A stretch of 64,000 bases of DNA from an uncultured delta proteobacterium (lineage in GTDB: Bacteria; Desulfobacterota; Binatia; UBA9968). A model generated the notes under the pieces. The model saw only the letters and a program-made list of their open reading frames with translations. It was not told the origin of the DNA and did not search any database. Within the stretch, counting starts at the first letter, position 1. Every line of letters begins with the position of its first letter. Location: positions 160,001 to 224,000 of the forward strand of contig CAVYTU010000009.1 in the NCBI GenBank assembly GCA_963771465.1, in the 5' to 3' direction. A program made the position numbers and the translations under genes. This document shows, in pieces, positions 28,745-39,687 of this stretch.

Positions 28745-31567
28745 TTATTTGTCCTTGAGGTAATACGCTTCCAACGCTGGCTTGTACGACCGCGGCAGCC
28801 AGTAAGGTCGGCGCAGATTATCCGGTCCAGGTGCGGGCCGCGTTTTTAACATCCACTTTTTATACACCTCGTGCGACTTGTTGGTATCGACGAACACGTC
28901 GCCGTACTTATCGTCGGGGCCGGGTTTGGTGATGCGAACTTTTTGGTGCCAGCAATGCTGGCCGCTGATGAAGTCGGGCTGCACCGGAAACGTGAGGTTC
29001 TGGTGCACGCCGCCGTCTTGCCAAAAGATGCGGCTGGAATCCGGATCGTCGCTCTTGAATGGTTTGATGCCGTGAATCGTGCGCATCATCCACTTGCCTT
29101 CGCCCATTTGTTTGAGATCGACTAATGCCGTCGACCAACGTTCGCCTCCCTGCTCTTCGGCCAAACGCCAGCGGCCAAGATGGTGTGAGCAGGCGATGAC
29201 ACCGGGTTTAATGCCTTCGGTGACCCAGACTTTGTCGATGAAGTAACCGATCTCCGTGTGGACTTTAAGCAAGTCGCCGGTCTTCACGTCGAAGTTCTCG
29301 GCGTCCTTTGAATTGAGCCAGAGCGGATTGCGATTGGAAATCTCGTAGAGCCACTTGGCGTTACCCGAGCGCGTATGAATCAACGTCGGCAGACGAAAGG
29401 TCGGCAACAGCAGCATCTCGCCGGCGGTGAGATCGATATTGTCCGGATGCACGTGGCTCTTGATGTAGCCGGGGATCGAGTGTTCCGGCCACTTCCAGTC
29501 TTTGATCGTCTTGGAGAAAAACTCGAGCTTGCGCGACGGCGTCGGGAAACCGACACAGGCTTTGCCGTCGACCTCGACCCCAAGCACGGCGCCGTTGCTG
29601 GAAACAATTTTTGTTTGTGGATCGACGTCCGCGTCGGCGATATCGCCGGCCTTGAGCGCGGCTTCATGAACTTTGTAAACGTTGTCTTCGATCAGAAAGG
29701 CGCCGTACTTACGCATGTAGTCGAGCGCTGTTAGCCCTTGCTTCGCTGCCGCCGCCGGCAACCCTGGCACGCTATTCTCGAAAATCCAGCGATAGTAATC
29801 GTCGACGGTCATCTTTTTACCGGGCTCGTAGGGCGATTCGAAGTATTTGCGAATGCCCAGCGAGCCGTCGGGATCGACGCGCCAGGATAATTCAATCCAG
29901 AACTCATCTTCCTCCCACACTTGGCCGATGCCAGCGGCTTCGTGCGCCTCGTAGGTGGTGTTGAATTTCTTGCCTTGCTTCTCCAAAGCGACACGCAAGA
30001 TGGGCTGGCGAAAGCCGATCCAGCGCGCCGCCTGCGTCTCTTGGCTCATTAGATCATGGCGTTCCGAAGCATGGCCCATCGGCAAAACATAATCGGCGAA
30101 CCACGCCGTCTCGCTCCAGGTCGGCGTTAGACATGCGTGGCGTTCGACTTTGCTTTCATCGGAAAGCATTTCGATCCAACTCATGCCGTCGGGATTGGTC
30201 CACACCGGGTTGTAGACGCGAGTGAAATACATCGCCAGCTTGCCGCGCCCTTCTTTGAGGAAGTGCGGCAGCAAAAAACTCATCTCGAAAAAAGCCAGAG
30301 GAAACTCTTTCGGAATCAGCAGCTCATTCCAAATCTTCGCCGGCGGCGGCATCAACGGCGGCGCCGGAATATATTTATTCGCCGCGTTGGGCGCAGTACC
30401 GCCCACCGTGCCGACCGCACCGACGAGGACGACCAAGAACTGCAGCGCGCGCGCCACCTGCCAGCCGCCAAGATTGCCCGCCGCTGTGTTGCGCCAAACA
30501 TGAGATGAGAAAGCCGAGCCGGCATTGGCGATCTCGTGGGCGACTTCGACGATGACGCCCGGCTCGATGCCGGCTTCCTTGGCGGCGAACTCCGGCGTGA
30601 ACGAAGCGTAGGATGCCTTCAAGACCGCAACAAAAGTCTGAAACGTCTGCGGCTTGTCGCTGTGTTCCTCGCGCAGATATTGTTCCCAGTTAACCCAGTG
30701 GCGCAAAAAATCGCGATCGAAGAGATCTTCTTGCAGCAGCACATTGCACATGGCGAGCAAGATCGCCGCCTCACTGCCAGGCCAAGTCGACATCCAGTAA
30801 TCCGCCTTGGAGGCCGTGTTGGACAAGCGCGTGTCGATGACACAAATCTTCGTGCCCGCTTCCTTCGCCTCGATAATGCGCTGGGCGTGGGGATTGAAGT
30901 AGTGGCCGGACTCAAGATGCGAGCTTAACAACAAAATGAAGCGCGCGTTGGCGTGATCGGGGGATGGCCGGTCGATGCCGGACCAGAATGCGTAACCCGC
31001 GCGAGCGCCGGCAGAACAGACGTTGGTATGACTGTTGTGGCCGTCGATGCCCCAGGAGTGAAGAATACGCTGATGATAGAGCAGCTCATGGCCGGGCCGG
31101 CCAACGTGATACATGATTTCGTTCCGACGCTCTTCTGCGAGCGCCTTACGCACGCGGCCAGCGATGTCATCCAAAACTTCATCCCAGGAAACACGTTCCC
31201 ACTTACCCTCGCCGCGCTTGCCGACTCGCTTTAACGGATAACGAATGCGTTCGGGATCGGTGACTTGATTGAGCGTCGCCGGTCCCTTGGCGCAGTTGCG
31301 CCCGCGGCTGCCGGGATGTTCGGGATTGCCTTCGAAGCGGCGAATCTTATTGGTATCTTTTTCCACCACTGCGACCAGACCGCAGGCCGCTTCGCAGTTG
31401 AAACAAATCGTCGGAATGATCCGGCAATGCTTTTCGACTTTGCGCGGCCACTGCGCCGTATCGTACTCGACCCAGTCGTCCCATTTCTCCACCGGCGGAT
31501 AGCTGGCGAGCCCATTGGGTTCTAATTTGAGCGCGTCCGGATTTAGCGGGATGCGATGATCAGCCAT
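28745..31567 (-). CDS. DMSO-reductase-family molybdopterin oxidoreductase catalytic subunit
   Basis: CFNCEAACG...NCAKG 4Fe-4S motif, IRYPLKR, HTNVCS, SETAWFADYVLP and C-terminal HTRS. No Tat signal; start MADHRI at 31567. Confidence 0.92.
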   Translation of the reverse strand: MADHRIPLNPDALKLEPNGLASYPPVEKWDDWVEYDTAQWPRKVEKHCRIIPTICFNCEAACGLVAVVEKDTNKIRRFEGNPEHPGSRGRNCAKGPATLNQVTDPERIRYPLKRVGKRGEGKWERVSWDEVLDDIAGRVRKALAEERRNEIMYHVGRPGHELLYHQRILHSWGIDGHNSHTNVCSAGARAGYAFWSGIDRPSPDHANARFILLLSSHLESGHYFNPHAQRIIEAKEAGTKICVIDTRLSNTASKADYWMSTWPGSEAAILLAMCNVLLQEDLFDRDFLRHWVNWEQYLREEHSDKPQTFQTFVAVLKASYASFTPEFAAKEAGIEPGVIVEVAHEIANAGSAFSSHVWRNTAAGNLGGWQVARALQFLVVLVGAVGTVGGTAPNAANKYIPAPPLMPPPAKIWNELLIPKEFPLAFFEMSFLLPHFLKEGRGKLAMYFTRVYNPVWTNPDGMSWIEMLSDESKVERHACLTPTWSETAWFADYVLPMGHASERHDLMSQETQAARWIGFRQPILRVALEKQGKKFNTTYEAHEAAGIGQVWEEDEFWIELSWRVDPDGSLGIRKYFESPYEPGKKMTVDDYYRWIFENSVPGLPAAAAKQGLTALDYMRKYGAFLIEDNVYKVHEAALKAGDIADADVDPQTKIVSSNGAVLGVEVDGKACVGFPTPSRKLEFFSKTIKDWKWPEHSIPGYIKSHVHPDNIDLTAGEMLLLPTFRLPTLIHTRSGNAKWLYEISNRNPLWLNSKDAENFDVKTGDLLKVHTEIGYFIDKVWVTEGIKPGVIACSHHLGRWRLAEEQGGERWSTALVDLKQMGEGKWMMRTIHGIKPFKSDDPDSSRIFWQDGGVHQNLTFPVQPDFISGQHCWHQKVRITKPGPDDKYGDVFVDTNKSHEVYKKWMLKTRPAPGPDNLRRPYWLPRSYKPALEAYYLKDK

Positions 31568-31578
31568 GAAAAATTCCT

Positions 31579-33121
31579 TTAACTCAGCGGCACAGCCTGG
31601 CCGGCTTTGATCCACAGATGCTCGTACATCCAGAGGCCGAACAAAACTAAAATCGCCGCGATGACGTTGGGCACGATGGAACTAATCGGCCAGAGCATCA
31701 GGATAATCGGCGCCACCGCGCCAAGTCCGATGGCGAAAAGCCAAAACGATTTCGCCAGCGGACCGGTGAGCAATAATTCACCGGCGCGGACCGCGTCTTC
31801 GGCGCCATGTTTCATAAACAACTCGCCGAAGATCATCGCCAGACTGGCGAGCAGCGCGATAACCAAGACCTGATTGAGCCAAGCGAACATCGCCGGCGAC
31901 ATCAGCGCGTAGGGCGTCAATGCCTCTATGCCGCGGAGCAAAATAAAAAACGCCGCGCCGGCAGCGAACGACTGGACGATCAAATGCCAAAACAACATCG
32001 GGCTCTGCCAAAAGTCGCGCCCGCGCGCCTGGGCGAAAAGAAACGCCGAATATCCGGCCGACGCGACGGCGAACATGGCGGTGAGCCAGACTAGCCATGG
32101 GTAGAGCATCCCGCCGGTAAAGATCAACGCCAGCCAAGCTGTCAGCAGGATGCCGAAAACCATCAACACGTAACCGCCCAGCACCAGCCACGAATTCAAA
32201 TTCGGTTTGGTCAGCAAATAGAAAAAACGGCCGGGCTTTTTGAGATCGAGCACCAACAAAATCATTGTCACGGTCAAAAACAGCAGCGAGAACACGGGAC
32301 CGAAGATGCTGAGCAATATCCCATCCTGTTCGAATCCCATATTAAGCAACAGCGCCGACAGCAACAGCACTCCCGCAGAAATCGACTTGGTCCAGAGATA
32401 CGAGGCAATCTTTTTGCCCCACGGCGTCGCGTGCGCCACGTCGTACACTTCGCGCGCTACACCGGGTGTCGAACGGTCGGCGCGCTTGGTTTTAAGCGCG
32501 TAGAGGTCTTCTCCCGGATCCTTGTCGGCCCAGAAATGAGTTTCCTGCGGCTCCATCATGGTCGGATTCAAGAGATCGCCGTCGACTCCAGCGTAGAAAA
32601 GTTTCGGCTTGGTGCCCTTCTCCACCTTACGCACGCTGACTTTTTCCATGGCGATACGCTTGCTGATGGCTGCTATTGGAATCGTCGAGATCGCCGGAGA
32701 GAATTGCTTGGGTGGGACAGACCACTTCACAGGCGGGCTTGTAACCCAACTCGACCCGCGAGGCGTCGAAGTTACACTTGGCCGCGGTATTACGTTCCGG
32801 ATCGATATAAAGCGCGTCGTAGGGACAAGCCTGCATGCAGGATTGGCAACCGATACAGCGCTCGTTGTCGAAATCGACGATACCGTCGGTGCGGCGAAAC
32901 AGCGACACCGTCGGGCAGATCTCGATGCACGGCGCATCGTCGCAATGATTGCAGCGCAGCACGGCGAAGTGGCGACGGGTGTCCGGATACTGCCCTTTCT
33001 CGACGTACTTAACCCAGGTTCGATTCACGCCGACGGCGATGTTGTGCTCTTCCTTGCAAGCCACCGTGCAGGCGTGGCAGCCGATGCAACGGTTCTGATC
33101 GATGAGAAATCCGTAGCGCAT
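31579..33121 (-). CDS. fused 4Fe-4S dicluster (NrfC-like) and NrfD/PsrC membrane anchor; one frameshift near 32672
   Basis: CIGCHACTVAC, CNHCDDAPCIEIC and CIGCQSCMQAC. Joins as DDSNS/AISKRIAMEK if one base is removed. TM domain has DLKKPGRF and SWLVLG. Confidence 0.88.
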
Positions 33122-33240
33122 TGTGAACCTTTCCGATCAACTAACTTAGCTATCGAGATTGCAATTGAAAGTTTTGATTCTGATAGCAGGAATATTCAGG
33201 TGCGGTCAATTGAATGGAGCATAAATATTGCTGATTGTTG

Positions 33241-33312
33241 CACCACGAAGGATCACGAAGGGTTCGGAAAATTAAAATCCTAAACTTCGTGATCTTCGTG
33301 TTCTTCGTGGTG
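33241..33312. repeat. intergenic inverted repeat of CACGAAG units
   Basis: CACCACGAAGGATCACGAAG ... CTTCGTGATCTTCGTGTTCTTCGTGGTG. Confidence 0.7.
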
Positions 33313-33325
33313 CGAAGAGTCTGCT

Positions 33326-34774
33326 TCAGTTCGGACGTGACGGAAATGCCGGCGGGATGATTTGCTCGACGCTGCGGCCAGCCCAATCGCGCGCTGACCA
33401 ATTGTCCCAGGCGCGCTTCGCACCGGCTTCGGCTTGCGCGAATAGCTCTTCGTCATCGATGCGCGTCGAGCGGCCGTTTTCGACCACCACTTCGCCGTCG
33501 ACAATCACGGTCTCGACATCGGCGCCGCTAGCGTATTCGACCAAAGCATTGATCGGATCGCGCACGGGACCGTAGCGAGTCGTGCGCAGATTGAGAATCA
33601 CGACGTCAGCCTTGGCACCGACCGCGAGCCGGCCTAAATCCGAACGGCCGAGGGCAGTCGCGCCACCGATGGTTGCCGCGTTGAAGACCGCTGCAGCGCG
33701 CGAACCCGAAGCATTACGATCGACGAGGCGCGAGATTAACGACGCGTAGCGCATCTCCGAAACGATATCGAGCGGATAACTATCCGTGCCGAGACCGATC
33801 CTGACCCCGGCTTCCGAATAACGATCGAAGGACTCCATGGCGAACGCCATTTTGGCGCATTTGTGCGGACAGTGGCCGACCGTGGCGCCGCTCTCGGCAA
33901 GTATCTTTAATTCGTCCCCCAACGGATAGTCGACCCGCGAGTGGCCGCCGGTGATCGCCATATGGCCGAGAGTGGTGCGCGGACCGAGAATGCCGACATC
34001 GGCGAGAAACTCAGCGACCGGCTTGCGATACTTGTTCAGTATTTCCAGGAACTCACGGAAGTTGCCGCCGGCGTGAATGTGGATCGGCACGTCTAATTCT
34101 TTCGCCGCCGCGACCGCTTCTTTAAGCAACGACGGTTCGCAAGTTTCCGCCTGTGCCGGATTCAAGAGGCCCTGCAGCCGGCCGTTGTGGGCGCCGTGGA
34201 ATTTCTTGATGAACTCTACGCCGGCTTTCAATCCAGGACGGCCTTTGTCCGGACGTTCCTCATAGTAATGGCGTCCTTCGGCATCGGTGAAAATATCGTG
34301 GCTGCGAAACGGCGGACTGAAAAAAACCCGGCCGCCGGTTTGTCCGACGATAGCGACGTAATCATCCAACGCTCCCGGTCCGCCGCCGGGATCGAGCACG
34401 GTCGTCGCGCCGTTTCTCAGTGCGCTGTAAAGTGCATATTTCCGTCCCAGGGCCACCGCGGGCGGCGCCGGTGGTTCGACTTTTTCTTTCAACGGCGCGC
34501 CGAAGACAAACCAGTTGGCGGCGAGATAATCTTTCTTGGTTACATCGGTGAGCAGATAATCGCCGACGTTCAACTGCGAGTGCACGTGCAGATTGACGAA
34601 ACCAGGACAGACGATTTTGCCGGCGGCATCGATCACACGGTCGGCAGATTGAGATTTGTCCGTGCCGACCGACTTGATCCTATCGCCGTCAATGAGAACG
34701 GATCCATTGGGAACAATTTCATGGCCGGCGCCGGACCAACCCACGACGACGCCGCCGTCGATGCGAATGCTCAT
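33326..34774 (-). CDS. amidohydrolase (Atz/Trz / deaminase-like)
   Basis: PGFVNLHVH, IHIHA, GH, GLGTD and GRLAVGAKADVV. Confidence 0.9.
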   Translation of the reverse strand: MSIRIDGGVVVGWSGAGHEIVPNGSVLIDGDRIKSVGTDKSQSADRVIDAAGKIVCPGFVNLHVHSQLNVGDYLLTDVTKKDYLAANWFVFGAPLKEKVEPPAPPAVALGRKYALYSALRNGATTVLDPGGGPGALDDYVAIVGQTGGRVFFSPPFRSHDIFTDAEGRHYYEERPDKGRPGLKAGVEFIKKFHGAHNGRLQGLLNPAQAETCEPSLLKEAVAAAKELDVPIHIHAGGNFREFLEILNKYRKPVAEFLADVGILGPRTTLGHMAITGGHSRVDYPLGDELKILAESGATVGHCPHKCAKMAFAMESFDRYSEAGVRIGLGTDSYPLDIVSEMRYASLISRLVDRNASGSRAAAVFNAATIGGATALGRSDLGRLAVGAKADVVILNLRTTRYGPVRDPINALVEYASGADVETVIVDGEVVVENGRSTRIDDEELFAQAEAGAKRAWDNWSARDWAGRSVEQIIPPAFPSRPN

Positions 34775-34809
34775 GCTGTTATCCTTTTTCGACTGGATTC
34801 GAAGCGAGA

Positions 34810-35520
34810 CTACGCCGGCAGCGTCGGCGTGTCGTCTGCGCGGCCGTGCAGCGCGTACCAGTAGATGTTATTCATGTAACGCCAACGCCTGACCGTCGCC
34901 TCTTCCACTTGCTTGATCGCCGCGTTTTCCAGTTCCGGCGTAGTACAATATTTTTCAACGATAGCGAAACCTTTGGAGCCATGAATTTCGTCGGCGTAAA
35001 TATGTTCCTCAAAGAAACGTATTTCCCGCGCGCGCGGTTTGTAACCGTAATGTTGAAGCAGCGCCGGCACTATTTTTTTACAGATGTCCAGGAACTGCGA
35101 TTCCAGTCCAATGAATAGACCGGCGGCGGCGACCGGCCAGGGTTTTTGGTACACCATCATCCAACCCCAGTTTTGCAGCTGCTCGGTACCGCCGAGCAGG
35201 ATTGAACTTTCGACACTATCGCGATCGACGCCGCTGGCCGCGACATAGTCTTTAAGCATGTCGAGATGGCGATCGTCGGGGTTTTCTTCGTCGCCAAGAT
35301 TCTCGTACAGGTAGTTTTTTACATCGCGCTCGGGAATTTGCGAAGCTAGATACGCAAGCCAGTTCAAAAATTCACCGACGAAATGATAGTGCTGGGTGCA
35401 GTAAAACGCGGTCTGCTCCTTGGTGAGCTTGCCCTGGGCCCAGAGCTCGAAAAACGGATGATTCTTGCTGTGCTTCTCGTCGCGCGTCGCGACCAATTGA
35501 TCGTGAAAAGCATTGCTCAT
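34810..35520 (-). CDS. CADD/TenA/PqqC-like heme-oxygenase-fold diiron protein
   Basis: HPFF, ENLGDEE....RH, E and FFEEHIYADEIH. Confidence 0.88.
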   Translation of the reverse strand: MSNAFHDQLVATRDEKHSKNHPFFELWAQGKLTKEQTAFYCTQHYHFVGEFLNWLAYLASQIPERDVKNYLYENLGDEENPDDRHLDMLKDYVAASGVDRDSVESSILLGGTEQLQNWGWMMVYQKPWPVAAAGLFIGLESQFLDICKKIVPALLQHYGYKPRAREIRFFEEHIYADEIHGSKGFAIVEKYCTTPELENAAIKQVEEATVRRWRYMNNIYWYALHGRADDTPTLPA

Positions 35521-35650
35521 TTTTCACCTCTGCGGAAAGTGGGTTCAATAATTCTTGGCCAATAATCTAGCATTGGTAAAAATAACAACGCCGGCTGAGT
35601 ATCTACATACGATACCCGGCCGGCGCCGATTCGTACGAATTTAAAGCGCT

Positions 35651-37387
35651 CTACCCTTCTCCCCGCTCGACAATCGACTCGACGGTTTTCAGCCGGATAT
35701 CCAATAGCGCCGATTGTCCGCCCGCCACCGCGCGTAGGCCGCGTTCGACCGCTTTGCGTACTTCACCTGGATCTTCGACTTTCTCGCCGTAGCCGTCAAA
35801 AGCTTTTATCATTAACGAATATTCCGGACACGGCGCGATGTGCAGTCCGGAAAAATTATTCGACTTCACCGCCCAACCTCCTGGATAGTATTTTGGCACA
35901 CCTGATTTCTGCGACAGATAACCCTGGTTATTAAACATGATGGTTAGGAACGGCAGGTTATGTTCCTGGGCCGCGCCGAAGGCCGCCGGAGAAGGATCGT
36001 AGTTAAACGAGCCGTCACCGATCAGACAAATCACCGGACGTTTGGGGTTCGCCGCTTTAACCCCAAGGGCAGTCGCTAACCCCGTCCCTAGGCCGCCGAT
36101 GCAACCATTGAAGAACGATCCCGGCGTGAGATTGTCGAAATAACGATGCACCGCCAAACGGTGCGTGATGGTCTCTTCGACGACCATGGCGTCCTTAGGC
36201 AACACCTGGCTGATCTCGTGGGCGACCCAGCGGGTGTCCATCGGTTTCTGATTGGCCAACGCCATCGCCTCTTCGCGCCATTTTTTCCGTCGCGCGTCGT
36301 TGGCGACCTTGAGATCTTCGGCTCGGCGCGCGCGCGCTGCATCGCCTTTGGAAACTTTCTTTTTCAGCGCCGCGAGCAGATGCTCCAGCGACGACTCGAT
36401 CTCGCCGGTGAGACAGAGATCGGACTGGTAGCCGTAATAAGGAATTTCGATGCGCAGCGGATTCTCATCGAGCATGGCAACTTTAGCGCCCTTCGATGGC
36501 GTAATGGAGGCCGGATGCCAAGGGGCGATGACGGCCAAGAGAAAGATTACGTCGGCGCGCTGCACCCCCTCCTTGGCATCATAACCACTGTGCAGCGGAT
36601 GGGTGCGCGGAATATTGATCACCCCCGTGCTACGGGTCTCCACCACGGGACAGCCGAGCAACTCGGCGATCTCGACCAGCGTCTCGACGCTTTTCATCGT
36701 CTTGCCGGCATCCTCGGTGACGATCACCGGATGCTCTGCGCCGGCGAGTAGGTTGGCGAGTTCTTCTATGCCTTTGGGATCGGCGGTTGCCAACGGCGAG
36801 CTGCCAAGATCGGACGGCACGTCCTTGGTCATGCTGTCGAAAAGATATTCCATCGGCACCGACACAAACACCGGTCCGCGCGGTCCGGCCATCGCCAAAC
36901 GGCAAGCGCGTTGCACCGTCGACGGTAATATCGCTTTGGTGTTGACGCCGAAACTCCATTTGACCGTGTGATCGACGAGCTTTGCCGGTCCGCCCAGATC
37001 ACCCAAATGTCCCTGCCATTGGCCGCCGACGTCCGGTCCGTCATCTTCGCCGAAACCGATCGACTCGCCGGCAAAAACCACCATCGGTATCTGTTCGTGC
37101 AGCGCCGCGCGCATCGCCATGGTCGCATGCAACGCGCCCACTGTGGTGTGAATCACCACCGCCGGCAACTTGCCGGTGGACTTGGCGTAACCGCTCGCCA
37201 TGCCAACGGCGATCTCTTCATGACGCGTGCTGTAATATTGTGGCATGCCCTCGACGCCCGGCTCGGCCAACGCCTCCCAAAGGGGCGACCACTCCGATCC
37301 TGGCGATGCGAAGATCTTCTCCACGCCCATCTTACCGAGCACGCGCAGCATCGATTGCGCTCCCGTCAGTCCTTTGGTTTGAATCAT
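35651..37387 (-). CDS. thiamine pyrophosphate-binding protein (acetolactate synthase / decarboxylase family)
   Basis: RHEEIAVGMASGY, GPVFVSVP and GDGS...NN TPP motif. Confidence 0.92.
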   Translation of the reverse strand: MIQTKGLTGAQSMLRVLGKMGVEKIFASPGSEWSPLWEALAEPGVEGMPQYYSTRHEEIAVGMASGYAKSTGKLPAVVIHTTVGALHATMAMRAALHEQIPMVVFAGESIGFGEDDGPDVGGQWQGHLGDLGGPAKLVDHTVKWSFGVNTKAILPSTVQRACRLAMAGPRGPVFVSVPMEYLFDSMTKDVPSDLGSSPLATADPKGIEELANLLAGAEHPVIVTEDAGKTMKSVETLVEIAELLGCPVVETRSTGVINIPRTHPLHSGYDAKEGVQRADVIFLLAVIAPWHPASITPSKGAKVAMLDENPLRIEIPYYGYQSDLCLTGEIESSLEHLLAALKKKVSKGDAARARRAEDLKVANDARRKKWREEAMALANQKPMDTRWVAHEISQVLPKDAMVVEETITHRLAVHRYFDNLTPGSFFNGCIGGLGTGLATALGVKAANPKRPVICLIGDGSFNYDPSPAAFGAAQEHNLPFLTIMFNNQGYLSQKSGVPKYYPGGWAVKSNNFSGLHIAPCPEYSLMIKAFDGYGEKVEDPGEVRKAVERGLRAVAGGQSALLDIRLKTVESIVERGEG

Positions 37388-37420
37388 CTTGCTTCCTTTC
37401 TCATGTTAGCTAAAAAGCGA

Positions 37421-37470
37421 TCAGCCGCCGGCTTCCAGTCTAGATTGTCAAACTGAAAGCCGACGGCTGA
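37421..37470. repeat. intergenic inverted repeat (stem-loop)
   Basis: TCAGCCGCCGGCTTCCAGT ... ACTGAAAGCCGACGGCTGA. Confidence 0.55.
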
Positions 37471-37480
37471 CGACTATGGG

Positions 37481-38500
37481 TTAAGATAGATTGTAAAAGC
37501 GCTTGGCGTTATTGAGCAAAAGATCCTTTTTGACCTCGAGGGAAAGATCTTCCCGATTCCACAGAATTGTCGCTGATTCCGGCCAGCTCATGTCCCAGTG
37601 CGGGTAGTCCGACGCATACATCAAAGTTTTGGAACCGATTTCCTGGGCCACGTAGCCGATCATCTTCTCTTCCGGCTCACAGCCATAGTAGCTGTTCTCA
37701 CTGAACAAATATTCGCTCGGTTTCTTTTTACACAAGGGTGCTTCCACCTTGCCGCGCTTTTCCCACTCCTCGTCCATGCGCTCGGCCCAATAGGGCAGCC
37801 AGCCGCAGCCGACTTCGAGGTAGCCGATACGCAACTTAGGAAACATTTCAGGAATGCCGCCGAATACCATCGCGGTCAGTTGGCGCAACACGGGAAAGGG
37901 ATGACCGCAGGTATGCAAGCTAATAAACTGATCGAAGATTTCGCTTCCCGGCTCGTCGCCACCGAAGGCATGAATGGTCAATGGCGTGTTCAACCGCTGC
38001 GCTTCTTCATAGAGCGGGTAGAATTCCGCACTGCCGAGATTCTTGCGGTGCGCTTGGGCCGCCAGCATACCACCGCATAAACCCAGCTTGGTGACCGCGC
38101 GATTGAGTTCCTTGGCGCATTCGTCAGGATTAGCCACCGGTAGATTGGCGACCGCTTTCAGGCGCGGCGATGCTTTGCAATAATCGGAGATAAAATCATT
38201 GTAGGCTCGGCACAGTGCAGTTTGAAACTTCGCATCGCGCACCCGGCCGACGCCCAGACCGCTGGTGGGAAACATAACGGCTGTGTCGATCTGCTGGGTG
38301 TCCATCGCCGCCAACCGATCCTCTACTTTTGCCGCCCCTTGACCCAAGGTGCCGCCGAGATTGCGATCATAATGTTCGCTCGGTATTAACGACGCTTTTT
38401 GACTTCGATAGGGCTCAGGCAAGTAGGGCCTGATCTCGCTGTCGAAATCGCGCGCATGGGCGTCCGAATCCAAAACTTTGATGGCATCACGCAATTTCAT
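37481..38500 (-). CDS. amidohydrolase_2 family protein
   Basis: DSDAH, AYND, IH, YLEVG and YASDYPHWD. Confidence 0.9.
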   Translation of the reverse strand: MKLRDAIKVLDSDAHARDFDSEIRPYLPEPYRSQKASLIPSEHYDRNLGGTLGQGAAKVEDRLAAMDTQQIDTAVMFPTSGLGVGRVRDAKFQTALCRAYNDFISDYCKASPRLKAVANLPVANPDECAKELNRAVTKLGLCGGMLAAQAHRKNLGSAEFYPLYEEAQRLNTPLTIHAFGGDEPGSEIFDQFISLHTCGHPFPVLRQLTAMVFGGIPEMFPKLRIGYLEVGCGWLPYWAERMDEEWEKRGKVEAPLCKKKPSEYLFSENSYYGCEPEEKMIGYVAQEIGSKTLMYASDYPHWDMSWPESATILWNREDLSLEVKKDLLLNNAKRFYNLS

Positions 38501-38536
38501 AAAGCGCTCCTGAAGATTTTTTGTCTTAAACGACGA

Positions 38537-39673
38537 TCATGCCGCCTTCGGCAATGATGCCGGAGCGTTCAGCTTGTATAACTTGCGCACGTTGGTATTG
38601 AGCAGCTTCTCACGGTCCGCGGCGGACAAGTGAGCCATATCGCGCTCGATCACCGCTCGCGAGTTGGGCCAGGTCGAGTTCTGATGCGGATAGTCATTGG
38701 ACCACATGCAGTTGTCGACGCCCCACCAGGAAAACAGCTTGCCGCCGACCACGTCGTTAAAAAAGGTGGCATAAATCTGCTCGGCAAAATACTCGCTCGG
38801 CAGTTTGCTCATCTGGACTTTTTCCGAATGGCGATGGCGTTTGTAGCCTTTATCGCATTGACCGAGCCAGAAGGGCATCCAGCCGATTTCATTTTCCACT
38901 GAAACGATCTTCAGGCGCGGGTAACGCTCCAGCACGCCGCTATAGATCATTTCAAACAGCGCGTTTTCGATTTCGCGGGTTTGCTCGATACCGATGCGAT
39001 AGCGTTTCATGCCGTGGCTGGTCTGGCGGTGCATGCTGTCGCCGAAGCCGGTGAGAATATGCAGGTGCACCGGCAGGTCGAGATCCTGCGACGCCGCCCA
39101 AAAACGCTCGTAGTGATCCGCGGTGAACGGCAAGCTCGGATGCGGCACTTGCCAGATCATGGTGCCGACGACGCCCTGTTTCTTGCAGCGCTCCATTTCG
39201 GCGATGGCGTGATCGACGTTGTACATCGAGATCAGCGCCACGCCGAACAAGCGATCCGGCACCTTCTGGCAGTATTCGATGATCCAGTCGTTGTAGGTTT
39301 TAAACAGCCCTTCCTGCAATGCGGCGTCCTCGACGCAATAAAGGCCGAGTCCCAAGCTCGGATAAAGCACCTCTGCCGCCACACCGTCGGTGAACATGTC
39401 GCCTTGACGCTCGATGGGATCCCAACCGCCGGGGCGCGCCACGGCAAAGCCGGCCTTGCGAAACTTTTCTACATTCTCGGGCTGCTGCCCTGCCATGAAC
39501 AAACCGCCCACGGCTTGAACCTGCACTTCAGGCGAACCGAACATCCAGGCATCGCGCTGGTCATCGAAAAACATTTTCGGCGCGCGCTCCCGCAGCGACG
39601 CAGGCATACCCTTTTCCCACAGATCCGGCACTTCAATCACATGCGAGTCCGACGAGATAATTGATTGTTCCAT
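38537..39673 (-). CDS. amidohydrolase_2 family protein
   Basis: SSDSHVIE, EVLYPS, VHLH and WSNDYPH. Confidence 0.9.
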   Translation of the reverse strand: MEQSIISSDSHVIEVPDLWEKGMPASLRERAPKMFFDDQRDAWMFGSPEVQVQAVGGLFMAGQQPENVEKFRKAGFAVARPGGWDPIERQGDMFTDGVAAEVLYPSLGLGLYCVEDAALQEGLFKTYNDWIIEYCQKVPDRLFGVALISMYNVDHAIAEMERCKKQGVVGTMIWQVPHPSLPFTADHYERFWAASQDLDLPVHLHILTGFGDSMHRQTSHGMKRYRIGIEQTREIENALFEMIYSGVLERYPRLKIVSVENEIGWMPFWLGQCDKGYKRHRHSEKVQMSKLPSEYFAEQIYATFFNDVVGGKLFSWWGVDNCMWSNDYPHQNSTWPNSRAVIERDMAHLSAADREKLLNTNVRKLYKLNAPASLPKAA

Positions 39674-39687
39674 AGTCCCTCCTGTAG

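Noticed and set aside
28745-31567. Molybdoenzyme as a Sec-containing formate dehydrogenase
   Set aside because: The frame has no internal TGA, and the ligand region reads HTNVCS rather than the FDH-type (C/U)H motif.
33241-33312. CRISPR-like array
   Set aside because: Only a short inverted arrangement of CACGAAG units; no repeat-spacer periodicity and no cas genes.
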